Source: Candidatus Eiseniibacteriota bacterium
GTDB lineage: Bacteria; Eisenbacteria; RBG-16-71-46; DASYSL01
DNA: 27,856 nucleotides
Assembly: GCA_031431875.1 (NCBI GenBank)
Contig: JANPEF010000119.1
Coordinates: 1 to 27,856 of the forward strand
Direction: 5' to 3'
Shown one piece after another: positions 6,439 to 15,465 of this stretch (within the stretch, counting starts at the first letter, position 1; every line of letters begins with the position of its first letter). A program made the translations under genes and the position numbers. Under the pieces are notes generated by a model, which worked only from the letters and a program-made list of their open reading frames with translations, had not been told where the DNA came from and did not search any database.

Positions 6439-8772
6439 CTACTCGAGGACGCGGACGAACTTCTTCTGCAACTGGGTCGTGCCGACGGTGAGCCGGGCAA
6501 AGTAGACGCCGGGGGTGGTCTTCTCGCCGGCCGTGTTCCGACCGTCCCACGAGAGGCGCTGGGTGCCGGGGGTCGCGACGCCGTGAATCATGCGCACCTC
6601 GCGGCCACGCACATCGAAGATGCTCACGGAGACCGGGGTCGAGGCGCCCTGCGCCAAGGCGAGCAAGGCGACGTCGAACTCGAACGAGGCGAAGTCGCGG
6701 CTCGGGTTCGGGAAGACGTTGCGGAACGACAGGCCGAAGGCGACGCCGTCGTTGACGCCCGTCGTCCCGCCGACCGCGACGTCGAGCTTGCCGTAGCCCC
6801 ATTTCCCATTGGGGACCGTACCGGTGTACGAGTCCGCACGGGCTCGAGTGCGGAGGATCGCACGCGCGCCGCTCGGGGTCAGGAATCGGTTCTGCTCGAG
6901 CAGCAGTGCGATCGCGCCGGTCGTGTGCGCATTCGCGACGCTGGTTCCCTTGGCCATGTGGTGAACACCGTCCGGGTCCTCGTAGGTCGCGCTGATCGAG
7001 GCATCGGTCGACATGGAGGACATGACACCGTACCCCGGGGCGACGATGTCCGGGCGCTGGACGCCGTCCCGGCGCGGGCCGCGTGAGGTGAAGCCGGAGA
7101 GTCTCAACAGCGGAGGTGAACCCGGGTAGTTGGACGTCGAACCCGCGTTGTTCGACCACGAGACCTTCGTCGTGTACGAACCGGTCGAGATCACCGAATC
7201 CGCCGTGGCCGGGGACGTCACCGTGACGGCGGTATCGACTCCTGCTCCGGTGAAGGCCGGGAGCGTCGTCGTTCCAAGCACTGACGAGGAGACCCACCAG
7301 TGGGACAGACCGGTGGTCGTGCCGCTCCGACGCTTGATGTTGATCTTCCAGGTGCCGCTCCGCACTCGGGGGGTTCCCGCCTGTCCGTAGCCGGCGTAGA
7401 CCAGGATCTGCTTGGCTCCAAGCTGGTTCGTGACGAGGCCATTCTTGATGATAATCGATCCGTCGTTGGTCACGACCAGTCCCGACTCGGTCCCCGGCAC
7501 GATCGTCGCGGACGTGATACCGGTCGGAGTCGTGAGCTTCACATCGAACGAAGCCGAAGGATCATGCCAGCCTTCGATGACCACGGACTCATTCTGGGAC
7601 GAACTTTCCGTATACGTGGGAATGGTGTAGGTCGCATCGACTGACCCATTCAGCGCCAGGTCGTAGCGGGCGTGCCCGTTCTCCAGACCATGGTTTCCGG
7701 CCGCAGCCGTGATGATCTTGCCGGGCCCCGTCAGCGCGTTCAGCGCTCGATCGAGCGAGGTGGTGCCGTCATGGCCACCCTGCTTTCCCGAGAGGCTCAG
7801 GTTCACGACTGCGCCCTTGTTGAGAGACGCGGCCTTCGTGAAAATATAGTTCACGCCATCAATCACACCGGTCTCGAGCAAGTAGGACTTCACGGCGATC
7901 AGACTCGCACGAGGCGCGACGCCTACGAACCGATAGGCGGCCTGCCCGTTCCCCGTGGATCTTCCGTTCCCCGCAGCGACGCCGGCGAGGTGCGTACCGT
8001 GACCATCGTAGTCATGGTAGGAAGTGATCTGGTTTGCGTTGATTTGGGCTTGCGTGTACTCGTACCCGTAGGGAAAGCCCGCAGGCGGGCCGCCGGACCA
8101 CTGCTGGTCCCAGATCGAGATGAACCGGGTGTTGTTCGAAGCGTCCTTGAAGTCCGCGACACGCGGATCCGTGCCGGTATCGACGATGCCCACGACGACC
8201 CCGTTGCCCGTCAGGCTACCGGCGGGAAAGTTGGGCGGGCTACCCATCCAGAGCTCGCCGGCTTCCATCTCGACGATGCTCACGTTGAGCGCCTTCTCCA
8301 TGACGCCTGCCGCGGAGACCTGCTGCACTCCCGGGACCTCGAGCAGGGCGGGCAGCAGGGAGATCGGCATGGTCGCCGTCACCACGTCGCCTGCAACGGT
8401 GCCGACGACGATACCCAGCGCCTCGAGCGCCTCCCGGGACGGCGTCCCATCGATGAGGAGCGCCACCGGCGTCCCCGGCCGGACTCGAGCCGGCTGGAAG
8501 TTGGCGAAACGAGTCACCATCGGATCGTCGCCGGGCATGGTCGGGGCGTCGGGCAGATCGGCCTCGTGCTGCGCCCGCGTGGCCAGAAGGCCAAGGAGCG
8601 GACTGACGCGAACGTCGCGGCCGGCCATCTCCAGCGTGAGCAGGCGGGGCGTCTGCGCGCTGGATTCGGCGGCCGAGCCGCACGCGAGGGCGAGACCCAG
8701 CAACGCAGTCATTGCGGCGAGCCGCAGCGAGGCGCGCGGAAAAACTCGGGGGGAGCGAGGAAGTTCACGCAT
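6439..8772 (-). CDS. Secreted S8 subtilase (CspA/B-like, with an insertion in the catalytic domain) with C-terminal FlgD-Ig/T9SS-like domain
   Basis: Triad VGIVDTG / DGHGTHLAGVAAG / KGTSVA, oxyanion AAAGN, RPDIVAPG. Start probably ATG 8772 (GGAG upstream, followed by a hydrophobic signal). C-terminus FPNP...IFDVRGREV...WDGRNTAG...GVYFARL. Confidence 0.9.
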   Translation of the reverse strand: MRELPRSPRVFPRASLRLAAMTALLGLALACGSAAESSAQTPRLLTLEMAGRDVRVSPLLGLLATRAQHEADLPDAPTMPGDDPMVTRFANFQPARVRPGTPVALLIDGTPSREALEALGIVVGTVAGDVVTATMPISLLPALLEVPGVQQVSAAGVMEKALNVSIVEMEAGELWMGSPPNFPAGSLTGNGVVVGIVDTGTDPRVADFKDASNNTRFISIWDQQWSGGPPAGFPYGYEYTQAQINANQITSYHDYDGHGTHLAGVAAGNGRSTGNGQAAYRFVGVAPRASLIAVKSYLLETGVIDGVNYIFTKAASLNKGAVVNLSLSGKQGGHDGTTSLDRALNALTGPGKIITAAAGNHGLENGHARYDLALNGSVDATYTIPTYTESSSQNESVVIEGWHDPSASFDVKLTTPTGITSATIVPGTESGLVVTNDGSIIIKNGLVTNQLGAKQILVYAGYGQAGTPRVRSGTWKINIKRRSGTTTGLSHWWVSSSVLGTTTLPAFTGAGVDTAVTVTSPATADSVISTGSYTTKVSWSNNAGSTSNYPGSPPLLRLSGFTSRGPRRDGVQRPDIVAPGYGVMSSMSTDASISATYEDPDGVHHMAKGTSVANAHTTGAIALLLEQNRFLTPSGARAILRTRARADSYTGTVPNGKWGYGKLDVAVGGTTGVNDGVAFGLSFRNVFPNPSRDFASFEFDVALLALAQGASTPVSVSIFDVRGREVRMIHGVATPGTQRLSWDGRNTAGEKTTPGVYFARLTVGTTQLQKKFVRVLE

Positions 8773-8866
8773 GTCGTTTGGACTCCACTCCTGCACGGGG
8801 GTCATGATGCACCGTGTCTCGTTGCGTCCCGCAATCCATGCGAGCGCTGCGTTCAGGGGCGAAGTA

Positions 8867-8882
8867 TGCAATCGCCGGGCCA
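8867..8882 (-). promoter_or_regulatory. Putative sigma54 (-24/-12) promoter of the minus-strand subtilase
   Basis: The minus strand reads TGGCCC-GGCGA-TTGCA, with exact GG-N10-GC spacing, about 95 nt upstream of the start. Confidence 0.65.
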
Positions 8883-9211
8883 GACCAGACCGTCGCGCAA
8901 ACAGCGATGCAAACCGTTTGAAATGCAGTCATTCGGGGGGTGCCTCGAGATCCTCGTTCACACCGACCGGGCAAATCAGGACGTAAGGAGGTGCGCACTG
9001 CAAGGCGACGAGCGATCGTCGCCGACGCGTCTTCACTTAGGCTGTACACTCGAGTCCGGTGCGGTCGCCGGAATTCTCGATGTGCATCGCACTTCGCGGC
9101 GCACAATGGACGCTGCCAGGGTGAATGGGCGCAATCTCCCTCCGGCCGGGCGGGAATCCCGGAGGAATTCCGTCGAGGCACGATCACTCGCCCCCCGCGG
9201 AGACTTAACGG

Positions 9212-11794
9212 ATGATGCGATTCTATTTTACCGGGTTTGCCCCCCGGGTCGGAAGTTTCTTCTTGGGTACGCTCCTGGTTCTTGGCGGCCCCCGTCCCGC
9301 TCCGGCGGCCGCGCCAGATGCGCTGGTCCCTTTCGGGATCCCGGGCCGCCCCGACCCCCCCGCCGTTCTCGTGCGGCTGGCCCCCGGAGCTCGGCCGAAT
9401 GCCCCCCTCGCCGCCTTCGGGCGGGGAGGTGCGGCGGTCCGACCACAGGCCGCCGACGTAACGAGCCCCTGGTCGGCGGTTCTCGCCGCCGAGACCCCGT
9501 TCGAGGAGTTCGGGCTCGGACCGGACGAGCCCCTCGGGCGGACCCTGCGGCTGGTCCTGCGCCCTGGGGCCGACCCGGCTGCCGTCGCTGCCGCCCTGGC
9601 CCGGGAACCCGGGACCGAAGCGGCCTGGGTCGAGGGCCGGTTTCGGGTCGCCTGGGCCGGCGGGGTCCTCGGGGCCGACCTGGCCCCGGATGATCCCCTC
9701 TACCTCGACGGTTCCCAGTGGGGCCTGCGCAACGACGGCAGCGGGCCCTTCGGCGGGGTGGCCGGGACCGACATCCGGGCCGAGGCTGGCTGGGCGGTCA
9801 CGACCGGCTCGACGACCATCCCGATCGCGATCGTCGATACGGGGATCGACGTCGGGCATCCGGACCTGGGCGGCACCCTCGCCGGCGGGCTGCCGCGGAT
9901 CATTCGGGCGTTCAACGCGAGCATCGAAGGCGGCACCGCCTCCCCCGCCGATTCGGTTGGCCACGGCACGATGGTCGCCGGCGTGGCTCTCGCCCGCACC
10001 AACAACGGGGCCCAGCTCGACGGTCGCGGGGTCGCCGGCGTGGCCGGTGGCGCCGGCGGCGACTCGGCCGGTTGTCGGGTCATCGCGGTCAAGGCCACGC
10101 CGACGCGGCTGATCGACGCGCTCAGCACCGAGCTGGCGAAAGGGATCATCTACGCGGTGAGCAACGGCGCGCGGGCGATCAACCTCTCCTTCGGTGGCGA
10201 CGACGACGACGACACGGTGCGGGACGCCCTGTCGTACGCTGCGCGCTTCGGTTGCGTCGTGGTCTGCGGCGCCGGCAACGGCCTCGACGCGCGCCCGCAG
10301 TACCCCGGTTACTACGCGCGCTACGGCAACGGAGTCTCGGTTGCGGCGCTGGGGCCCGACGGTCTGCTTGCCGGTTTCTCCAGTCGCGGGCCGCAGATCG
10401 ACGTCGCCGCACCCGGCGTCTCGATCTACTCGACCTACCCGACCTACGAGAACGCGTACGGCAGCCCGCTCCGCAACTTCCTGTACACGTCGGGAACGTC
10501 GTTCGCGGCGCCGTTCGTCACCGGGCTCGCGGGCCTCACCACCGCGCTCCAGCCGTCGCTGCTCGACAACGAGTTCCAGCAACTCCTGCGTCACACGGCG
10601 CGCGACGTCGGCGCTCCCGGGCGGGACGACACGTTCGGTTGGGGCGTGCCCGACGCGGGCGTGCTCCTGTCGTTCGTGGCGCCGCCGCGCGGCTTCCTGC
10701 GCGGCAGCGCGACCGCGCAGACGTGGACGCTGCTCGGCACCGACAGCGTGACGATTCGCGAGACGCGGATCGCCGTCGGCGGCTGCGGCGTCGACGGGCG
10801 CTATCTCGCCGAGCGCTGGGAAGTGCGCGCGCGCGTCGACCTGCCGCCGGGGAGGATGCTCGAGACTCCGCTGGGCATGGTGCGCACGCACGCCTCGCGC
10901 GGCTGGAGTTACGGGCCGTTGCTCGAGTACGACCTGGGCTGGGGCGAGGTCGTGCCCGGCACGAGCGGGCCCGACGGCTTCACGCTGCGCACGTACGTCT
11001 ATCGCATTCCGGTGCCGCCGGAGAACTGCGGCGGGGGCAGTCCGACGCCGATCGACTTCCTGCCCGTGCGGCCGCAGGACGTGGTCTTCGCGTGGAGCGC
11101 ATTTGGGCGGCTCGATGCGCCGCCGACGCTCGCGATCACGAACCCCACGGCCGACGGCGCGCCGTGGCCGGTCGACACGCCCGACACGCTGCGTTGGGAG
11201 GCAAGCGATCCGGACGAGGTGAGCGGGTTCCAGATCGAGGTCAGTCGCGATGGCGGAGCGAGTTGGCGGTTCCTGACGAACTCCCTGGGCCTGGCGGGAG
11301 ATGTCCGCACGTTCCCCTTTGCTGCGCCGTGCGCCAGCGCGGGCGCGACGACGCTCGTCCGCGTGACCGCGTATGACACGCACGGAGCGCTTGCCGATGA
11401 AGCCTCGGCGACGAGCGAGATCGTGCCGCAGCGACTCTGCCTTCCCGGAGAAGTTCCCGTTGGCACGGGCAGCTTCGCAATGCTCCCGGTGGCCCCGAAT
11501 CCCGCTCATGGGACGGCGACCTTCCGCTACGAGCGCGACTTCGCCGGCGGGCCTGTCGCACGACGCGGGGACAGCGTCCAGTCGGACATCGGGGACCCGA
11601 GCGAAGACCTCATGGTCTACGACGCGGCGGGGCGTCACCTGCGCACGCTCCAGCTTCCGGGCGCGGAGCAGCTGTTCGTCGTGTGGGACGGACGCGACGC
11701 GGCGGGGCGGCGCGTGCCGAACGGCGTCTACTTCGCGCGGTTGCGGGCCGACGGCAAGGATGCGACGCAGCGCTTCGTGTTCCTCGCCGAGTAG
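9212..11794 (+). CDS. Secreted S8 subtilase (thermitase-like catalytic domain) with extra C-terminal domains and FlgD-Ig/T9SS-like domain
   Basis: IVDTGID / GHGTMVAG / GAGNG / SGTSFAAP. GGAG at 9199-9202. C-terminus APNP...VYDAAGRHL...WDGRDAAG...GVYFARL. Confidence 0.92.
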   Translation: MMRFYFTGFAPRVGSFFLGTLLVLGGPRPAPAAAPDALVPFGIPGRPDPPAVLVRLAPGARPNAPLAAFGRGGAAVRPQAADVTSPWSAVLAAETPFEEFGLGPDEPLGRTLRLVLRPGADPAAVAAALAREPGTEAAWVEGRFRVAWAGGVLGADLAPDDPLYLDGSQWGLRNDGSGPFGGVAGTDIRAEAGWAVTTGSTTIPIAIVDTGIDVGHPDLGGTLAGGLPRIIRAFNASIEGGTASPADSVGHGTMVAGVALARTNNGAQLDGRGVAGVAGGAGGDSAGCRVIAVKATPTRLIDALSTELAKGIIYAVSNGARAINLSFGGDDDDDTVRDALSYAARFGCVVVCGAGNGLDARPQYPGYYARYGNGVSVAALGPDGLLAGFSSRGPQIDVAAPGVSIYSTYPTYENAYGSPLRNFLYTSGTSFAAPFVTGLAGLTTALQPSLLDNEFQQLLRHTARDVGAPGRDDTFGWGVPDAGVLLSFVAPPRGFLRGSATAQTWTLLGTDSVTIRETRIAVGGCGVDGRYLAERWEVRARVDLPPGRMLETPLGMVRTHASRGWSYGPLLEYDLGWGEVVPGTSGPDGFTLRTYVYRIPVPPENCGGGSPTPIDFLPVRPQDVVFAWSAFGRLDAPPTLAITNPTADGAPWPVDTPDTLRWEASDPDEVSGFQIEVSRDGGASWRFLTNSLGLAGDVRTFPFAAPCASAGATTLVRVTAYDTHGALADEASATSEIVPQRLCLPGEVPVGTGSFAMLPVAPNPAHGTATFRYERDFAGGPVARRGDSVQSDIGDPSEDLMVYDAAGRHLRTLQLPGAEQLFVVWDGRDAAGRRVPNGVYFARLRADGKDATQRFVFLAE

Positions 11795-11823
11795 GCGCCG
11801 GCGCACGAACGCCCGAAGCACGA

Positions 11824-11860
11824 ACGGCCCCGGGATCGCTCCCGGGGCCGTCGTCGTTTC
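11824..11860. terminator. Terminator hairpin between convergent genes, possibly bidirectional
   Basis: Perfect 12-bp stem ACGGCCCCGGGA-TCGC-TCCCGGGGCCGT, then CGTCGTTTC. Confidence 0.75.
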
Positions 11861-11889
11861 TGCTCGTCCGCGTGTCATGCATGCGAAGA

Positions 11890-13350
11890 CTACACCAGCG
11901 GCTCGTTCCACCCCTCGAGGTAGTCGCGCAGGTCGTTCATGAAGTGATCGGCGCTTGCCCCGTCGACGACGCGATGGTCGTAGGCGACCGACATCAGGCA
12001 GATCGAGCGGATCGCGATCTTGTCGCCCTCGTCGTCGCTGATCACGACCGGGCGCTTGACGATGCCGCCCACGTCGAGGATCGCCACCTGCGGCTGGTTG
12101 ATCACCGGGCAGCCGAACAGCGAGCCGAAGACGCCCGGGTTCGTGATGGTGAACGTCCCCTGCTGCACGTCGTCGGGCGAAAGCTGCTTCTTGCGCGCGC
12201 GGTCGGCCAGGTCGGCGAGCGATCGGGCGAGTCCGAGGAATGACTTCTCCTCGGCCTTCTTGATCACCGGCACGATGAGCCCCGGGTTGAGATCCACCGC
12301 GATGCCGACGTTGGTCGAGGCATGCATGATGACCTCGTTGCCGCGCACCGATGCGTTGAGCACCGGGTTCTTGCGCAGCGCATGGACCGTGGCGCGCAGG
12401 ATGAACGGCATGAAGGTGAGCCTGGTGCCGGTCTCCTTCTCGAAGGCGACCTTCTCCTTCGCGCGGATCGAGGCGATGCGGGTCAGGTCGAACTCGAACA
12501 CCGTGTAGACGTGCGGCGAGGTGTGCTTCGAGAACACCATGTGCTGGGCGATGATCTCGCGCATGCGGCTCATGGGTTCGACCTTGTCGCCCGGCATCAC
12601 CTGCGGCAGCCACGAGGGCATCGGCGCCGGAAGGCCCGTGAAGCCGCCCGCTTGAGTCACAGCGCCGGCGCCTGCGGCGCCGGGAGCTCCCTTCTGCCGC
12701 GTCTCGAGTGCGCGCACCACGTCGGCGCGCGTGACGCGCCCACCGACGCCGGTGCCAGGCACGGCGTGCAGGTCGATGTTCTCGACGCGCGCCATGTGCT
12801 TGACCAGCGGCGAGGTGAGTACGCGGCCGCTGACCGGGTTCACCAGCGCCGTGTGGCCACCCGGTGCAGGGGCGATCGCCGCAGCGCGGGAGGCGCCGCC
12901 GTTGCCGGTCGACATCGTGCCCGCCATCGCCACCGTCGGCATCTTCGGGACGACGATCTCCTGCACGTTGAGCCCGAGCGGGCTCGTGTCCTTGGGCAGG
13001 GAGGACGGCGCCGATTCGAGCTTGCCCGGGACTTCCTGCGTTGGAATGTTGGCCGCGGCCGGAACGTCGGGCGCGGGAGCAACATCAGCCGCGGCTGGCG
13101 CCGCGGGAGCTGGGCTCACGTCGATGACGGCGACGACCGTGTTGATGTTGACGGTCGTGCCCTCGGGCACCTTGATCGCGGTGACGTAACCGCCGGCCGG
13201 GGCCGGGATCACGGAGTCCACCTTGTCGGTCGAGATCTCGAACAGCGGTTCATCGCGTTCGATCTTGTCGCCGACCTGCTTCAACCACTTGGTGACGGTT
13301 CCCTCGGCGAGGGACTCGCCCATCTGCGGCATCACGACATCGGTCGCCAC
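11890..13350 (-). CDS. 2-oxoacid dehydrogenase E2, dihydrolipoamide acyltransferase (486 aa)
   Basis: Start corrected to GTG 13350 (AAGGAGG upstream). One lipoyl domain (EISTDKVDS), E3-binding GTGVGGRVTRADV, catalytic YDHRVVDGA. Confidence 0.95.
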   Translation of the reverse strand: MATDVVMPQMGESLAEGTVTKWLKQVGDKIERDEPLFEISTDKVDSVIPAPAGGYVTAIKVPEGTTVNINTVVAVIDVSPAPAAPAAADVAPAPDVPAAANIPTQEVPGKLESAPSSLPKDTSPLGLNVQEIVVPKMPTVAMAGTMSTGNGGASRAAAIAPAPGGHTALVNPVSGRVLTSPLVKHMARVENIDLHAVPGTGVGGRVTRADVVRALETRQKGAPGAAGAGAVTQAGGFTGLPAPMPSWLPQVMPGDKVEPMSRMREIIAQHMVFSKHTSPHVYTVFEFDLTRIASIRAKEKVAFEKETGTRLTFMPFILRATVHALRKNPVLNASVRGNEVIMHASTNVGIAVDLNPGLIVPVIKKAEEKSFLGLARSLADLADRARKKQLSPDDVQQGTFTITNPGVFGSLFGCPVINQPQVAILDVGGIVKRPVVISDDEGDKIAIRSICLMSVAYDHRVVDGASADHFMNDLRDYLEGWNEPLV

Positions 13351-13364
13351 GGATCGGTCCCTCC

Positions 13365-14336
13365 TTAGAACGCCATGAGCTCGCGCGACACCCGGACGAT
13401 GTCGGCGGTCTTGGGCAGGAACGCCTCCTCGAGCGTCGGCGCGAACGGCACCGGTGCGTCGGGGGAGGCGATGCGCTTGATCGGCGCCTCGAGGTAGGTG
13501 AATGCCTCGTCGGCCAGGCGGGCGGCGATCTCGCCACCGATGCCGCCGGTGAGCGTGTCCTCGTGCAGGATGATGCAGCGCGAGGTCTTCTTCACCGAGT
13601 CCATCACCATGTCGATGTCGAACGGCATGATCGAGCGCAGGTCGATGACCTCGAGCTCGATCTCGGGCGACAGCTGCTCGGCTGCCTCGTATGCCAGGTA
13701 GAGCATCGCGCCGTAGGTGACCAGCGTGATGTCCTTGCCCGGGCGGCGCAGCGCAGCCTTGCCGATCGGGACGATGTAGTCGTCGACCGGCAGCTCCTCC
13801 TTGATGCGGCGGTAGAGGAACTTGTGCTCGAAGAACAGCACCGGATCCTGGTCGCGGATGGCGGCCTTGATCAGGCCCTTCGCGTCGTAGGCCGTGGCCG
13901 GCGTGACCACCTTGAGGCCCGGCGTGTGTGCGAAGTACATCTCGGGATTGGCCGAGTGGAACGGGCCCCCGTGCACGTTGCCGCCGCACGGACCGCGCAC
14001 CACGAGCGGGGCGCCGACGCCCCAGCGGTAGCGGCTCTTGGCGGCGTACGACGTGATCTGGTCGAAGGCGCAGGTGATGAAGTCGATGAACTGCATCTCG
14101 ACGACCGGCAGGTAGCCGTTCATCGACATGCCGATCGCGGCGCCGACCAGGGCGGATTCGGAGATCGGCGTGTCGACGACGCGCGTCGGGCCGAACTCGT
14201 CGAACATGCCGGCGGTGACCTTGAAGGCGCCACCGTACTTGCCGATGTCCTCGCCGAGCATGACGACGCGATCGTCGCGTCGCATTTCCTCGAACATGCC
14301 CTGGCGGATCGCCTCGAGATACGTGATGGCCGCCAT
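13365..14336 (-). CDS. 2-oxoacid dehydrogenase E1 beta subunit (323 aa)
   Basis: MAAITYLEAI...GEDIG...DTPISE...EMQF...GPFHS...FFEHK. The ATG overlaps the alpha-subunit stop (TGATG). Confidence 0.95.
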   Translation of the reverse strand: MAAITYLEAIRQGMFEEMRRDDRVVMLGEDIGKYGGAFKVTAGMFDEFGPTRVVDTPISESALVGAAIGMSMNGYLPVVEMQFIDFITCAFDQITSYAAKSRYRWGVGAPLVVRGPCGGNVHGGPFHSANPEMYFAHTPGLKVVTPATAYDAKGLIKAAIRDQDPVLFFEHKFLYRRIKEELPVDDYIVPIGKAALRRPGKDITLVTYGAMLYLAYEAAEQLSPEIELEVIDLRSIMPFDIDMVMDSVKKTSRCIILHEDTLTGGIGGEIAARLADEAFTYLEAPIKRIASPDAPVPFAPTLEEAFLPKTADIVRVSRELMAF

Positions 14337-15463
14337 CAGTCCGCCGCTCCTTCCTGATTCACGATCGGTCGCGTGGGATCGTAGTAGACGTCGGTCGTCG
14401 CCTCGGACGGATCCGGGAATGGGCAGGCCTCGGCCAGCTCCACGGCCTTGTCGATCTGGGCACGGATGTCGGTGAGCGAATCGGCGATCCACTTCTCGTC
14501 GACGATGCCGCGCTCGAACATGCGCGTCGACAGCCGGGCGATCGGATCCTTCTGCTCCCACTGCGGGAACAACTCGGACGGCACGTAGTGCGACGGATCG
14601 TCGTGCGCCGAGTGGCCGGTCATGCGAAACGTCTTGCATTCGACGATCGAGGGGCCGCCGCCAGTGCGCGCCTTGGTCGTCACGGCCATCGCCGTGCGCC
14701 ACACCGCCTCGGCGTCGTTGCCGTCGATCAGGTAGCCGTCGATGCCGTAACCGATCGCGCGATCGGCCAGGTTCTCGCAGGCGTACTGCGCTTCGTTCGG
14801 CGTCGAGTAGGCGTACGAGTTGTTGTTCACCACGTAGACGCAGTTCGCCTTCTGCACGGCGGCAAGGTTGATGCCCTCGTGCCAGTCGCCGCGCGAGGTC
14901 GAGCCCTCGCCGTTGAACGTGATGGCGATGCGTGGCTCCTTGCGGAAGCGGAACGCCATGCCGGCGCCTGCAACGATCGGCACGGAGTCGGCAAGCATGG
15001 ACACGAACGAGACCAGGCCGAGACGCAGGTCGCCCATGTGCATGTTACCGTCCTTGCCGCGCGCCGGTCCGTCGCGACGGCCCAGGTACTGGGCGAAGAT
15101 CTTGTAGAGCGACATCCCGCGCGTGACGTAGACGCCCATGTCGCGGTGCGACGGGATGATGTAGTCCCTGGGTTCCAGCGCCAACGTGAACGCCACCGAG
15201 ATGGCTTCCTGCCCGCGGCCGGTGTAGACGCCGCCGACGATCTTGCCCTGACGGTAGAGCTTCTTCTCGATCTTGTCGTCGACCTCACGCGTCAGCAGCA
15301 TGTGGTAGAGCAGCTTCTTCTGCATCTCCGGAGGAACCGGCGGTCCGTCAGGCGCTCCCTTGACGAAGGGGCGCGACGACTTCGGCGGCGGAAACTCCTC
15401 CTTCTCCTTCACGTCGGGCGTCTGCACGGAAGTCCCTCCTGCGGTTTTCTTGCGGCTCGCCAC
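14336..15463 (-). CDS. 2-oxoacid dehydrogenase E1 alpha subunit (375 aa), possibly branched-chain type
   Basis: Start corrected to GTG 15463 (GAAGGAG upstream). GQEA, SHRD, TPP-binding motif GEGSTSRG...NN, RMTGHS. Substrate cannot be fixed from motifs alone. Confidence 0.93.
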   Translation of the reverse strand: MASRKKTAGGTSVQTPDVKEKEEFPPPKSSRPFVKGAPDGPPVPPEMQKKLLYHMLLTREVDDKIEKKLYRQGKIVGGVYTGRGQEAISVAFTLALEPRDYIIPSHRDMGVYVTRGMSLYKIFAQYLGRRDGPARGKDGNMHMGDLRLGLVSFVSMLADSVPIVAGAGMAFRFRKEPRIAITFNGEGSTSRGDWHEGINLAAVQKANCVYVVNNNSYAYSTPNEAQYACENLADRAIGYGIDGYLIDGNDAEAVWRTAMAVTTKARTGGGPSIVECKTFRMTGHSAHDDPSHYVPSELFPQWEQKDPIARLSTRMFERGIVDEKWIADSLTDIRAQIDKAVELAEACPFPDPSEATTDVYYDPTRPIVNQEGAAD

Positions 15464-15465
15464 GT

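Noticed and set aside
9175..9191. GGCACGATCACTCGC as a sigma54 promoter for the plus-strand subtilase
   Set aside because: The spacing is GG-N11-GC rather than the required N10.
8765..12613. 1282-aa minus-strand ORF
   Set aside because: Arg/Ala/Pro-rich shadow frame, antisense to the well-supported subtilase and out of frame over E2. Long stop-free frames are expected at this GC content.
13351..13989. Extended N-termini of E2, E1beta, E1alpha and LpdA in the ORF track
   Set aside because: They overlap upstream genes or the promoter region. The corrected starts have an RBS or stop-start coupling and match family lengths.
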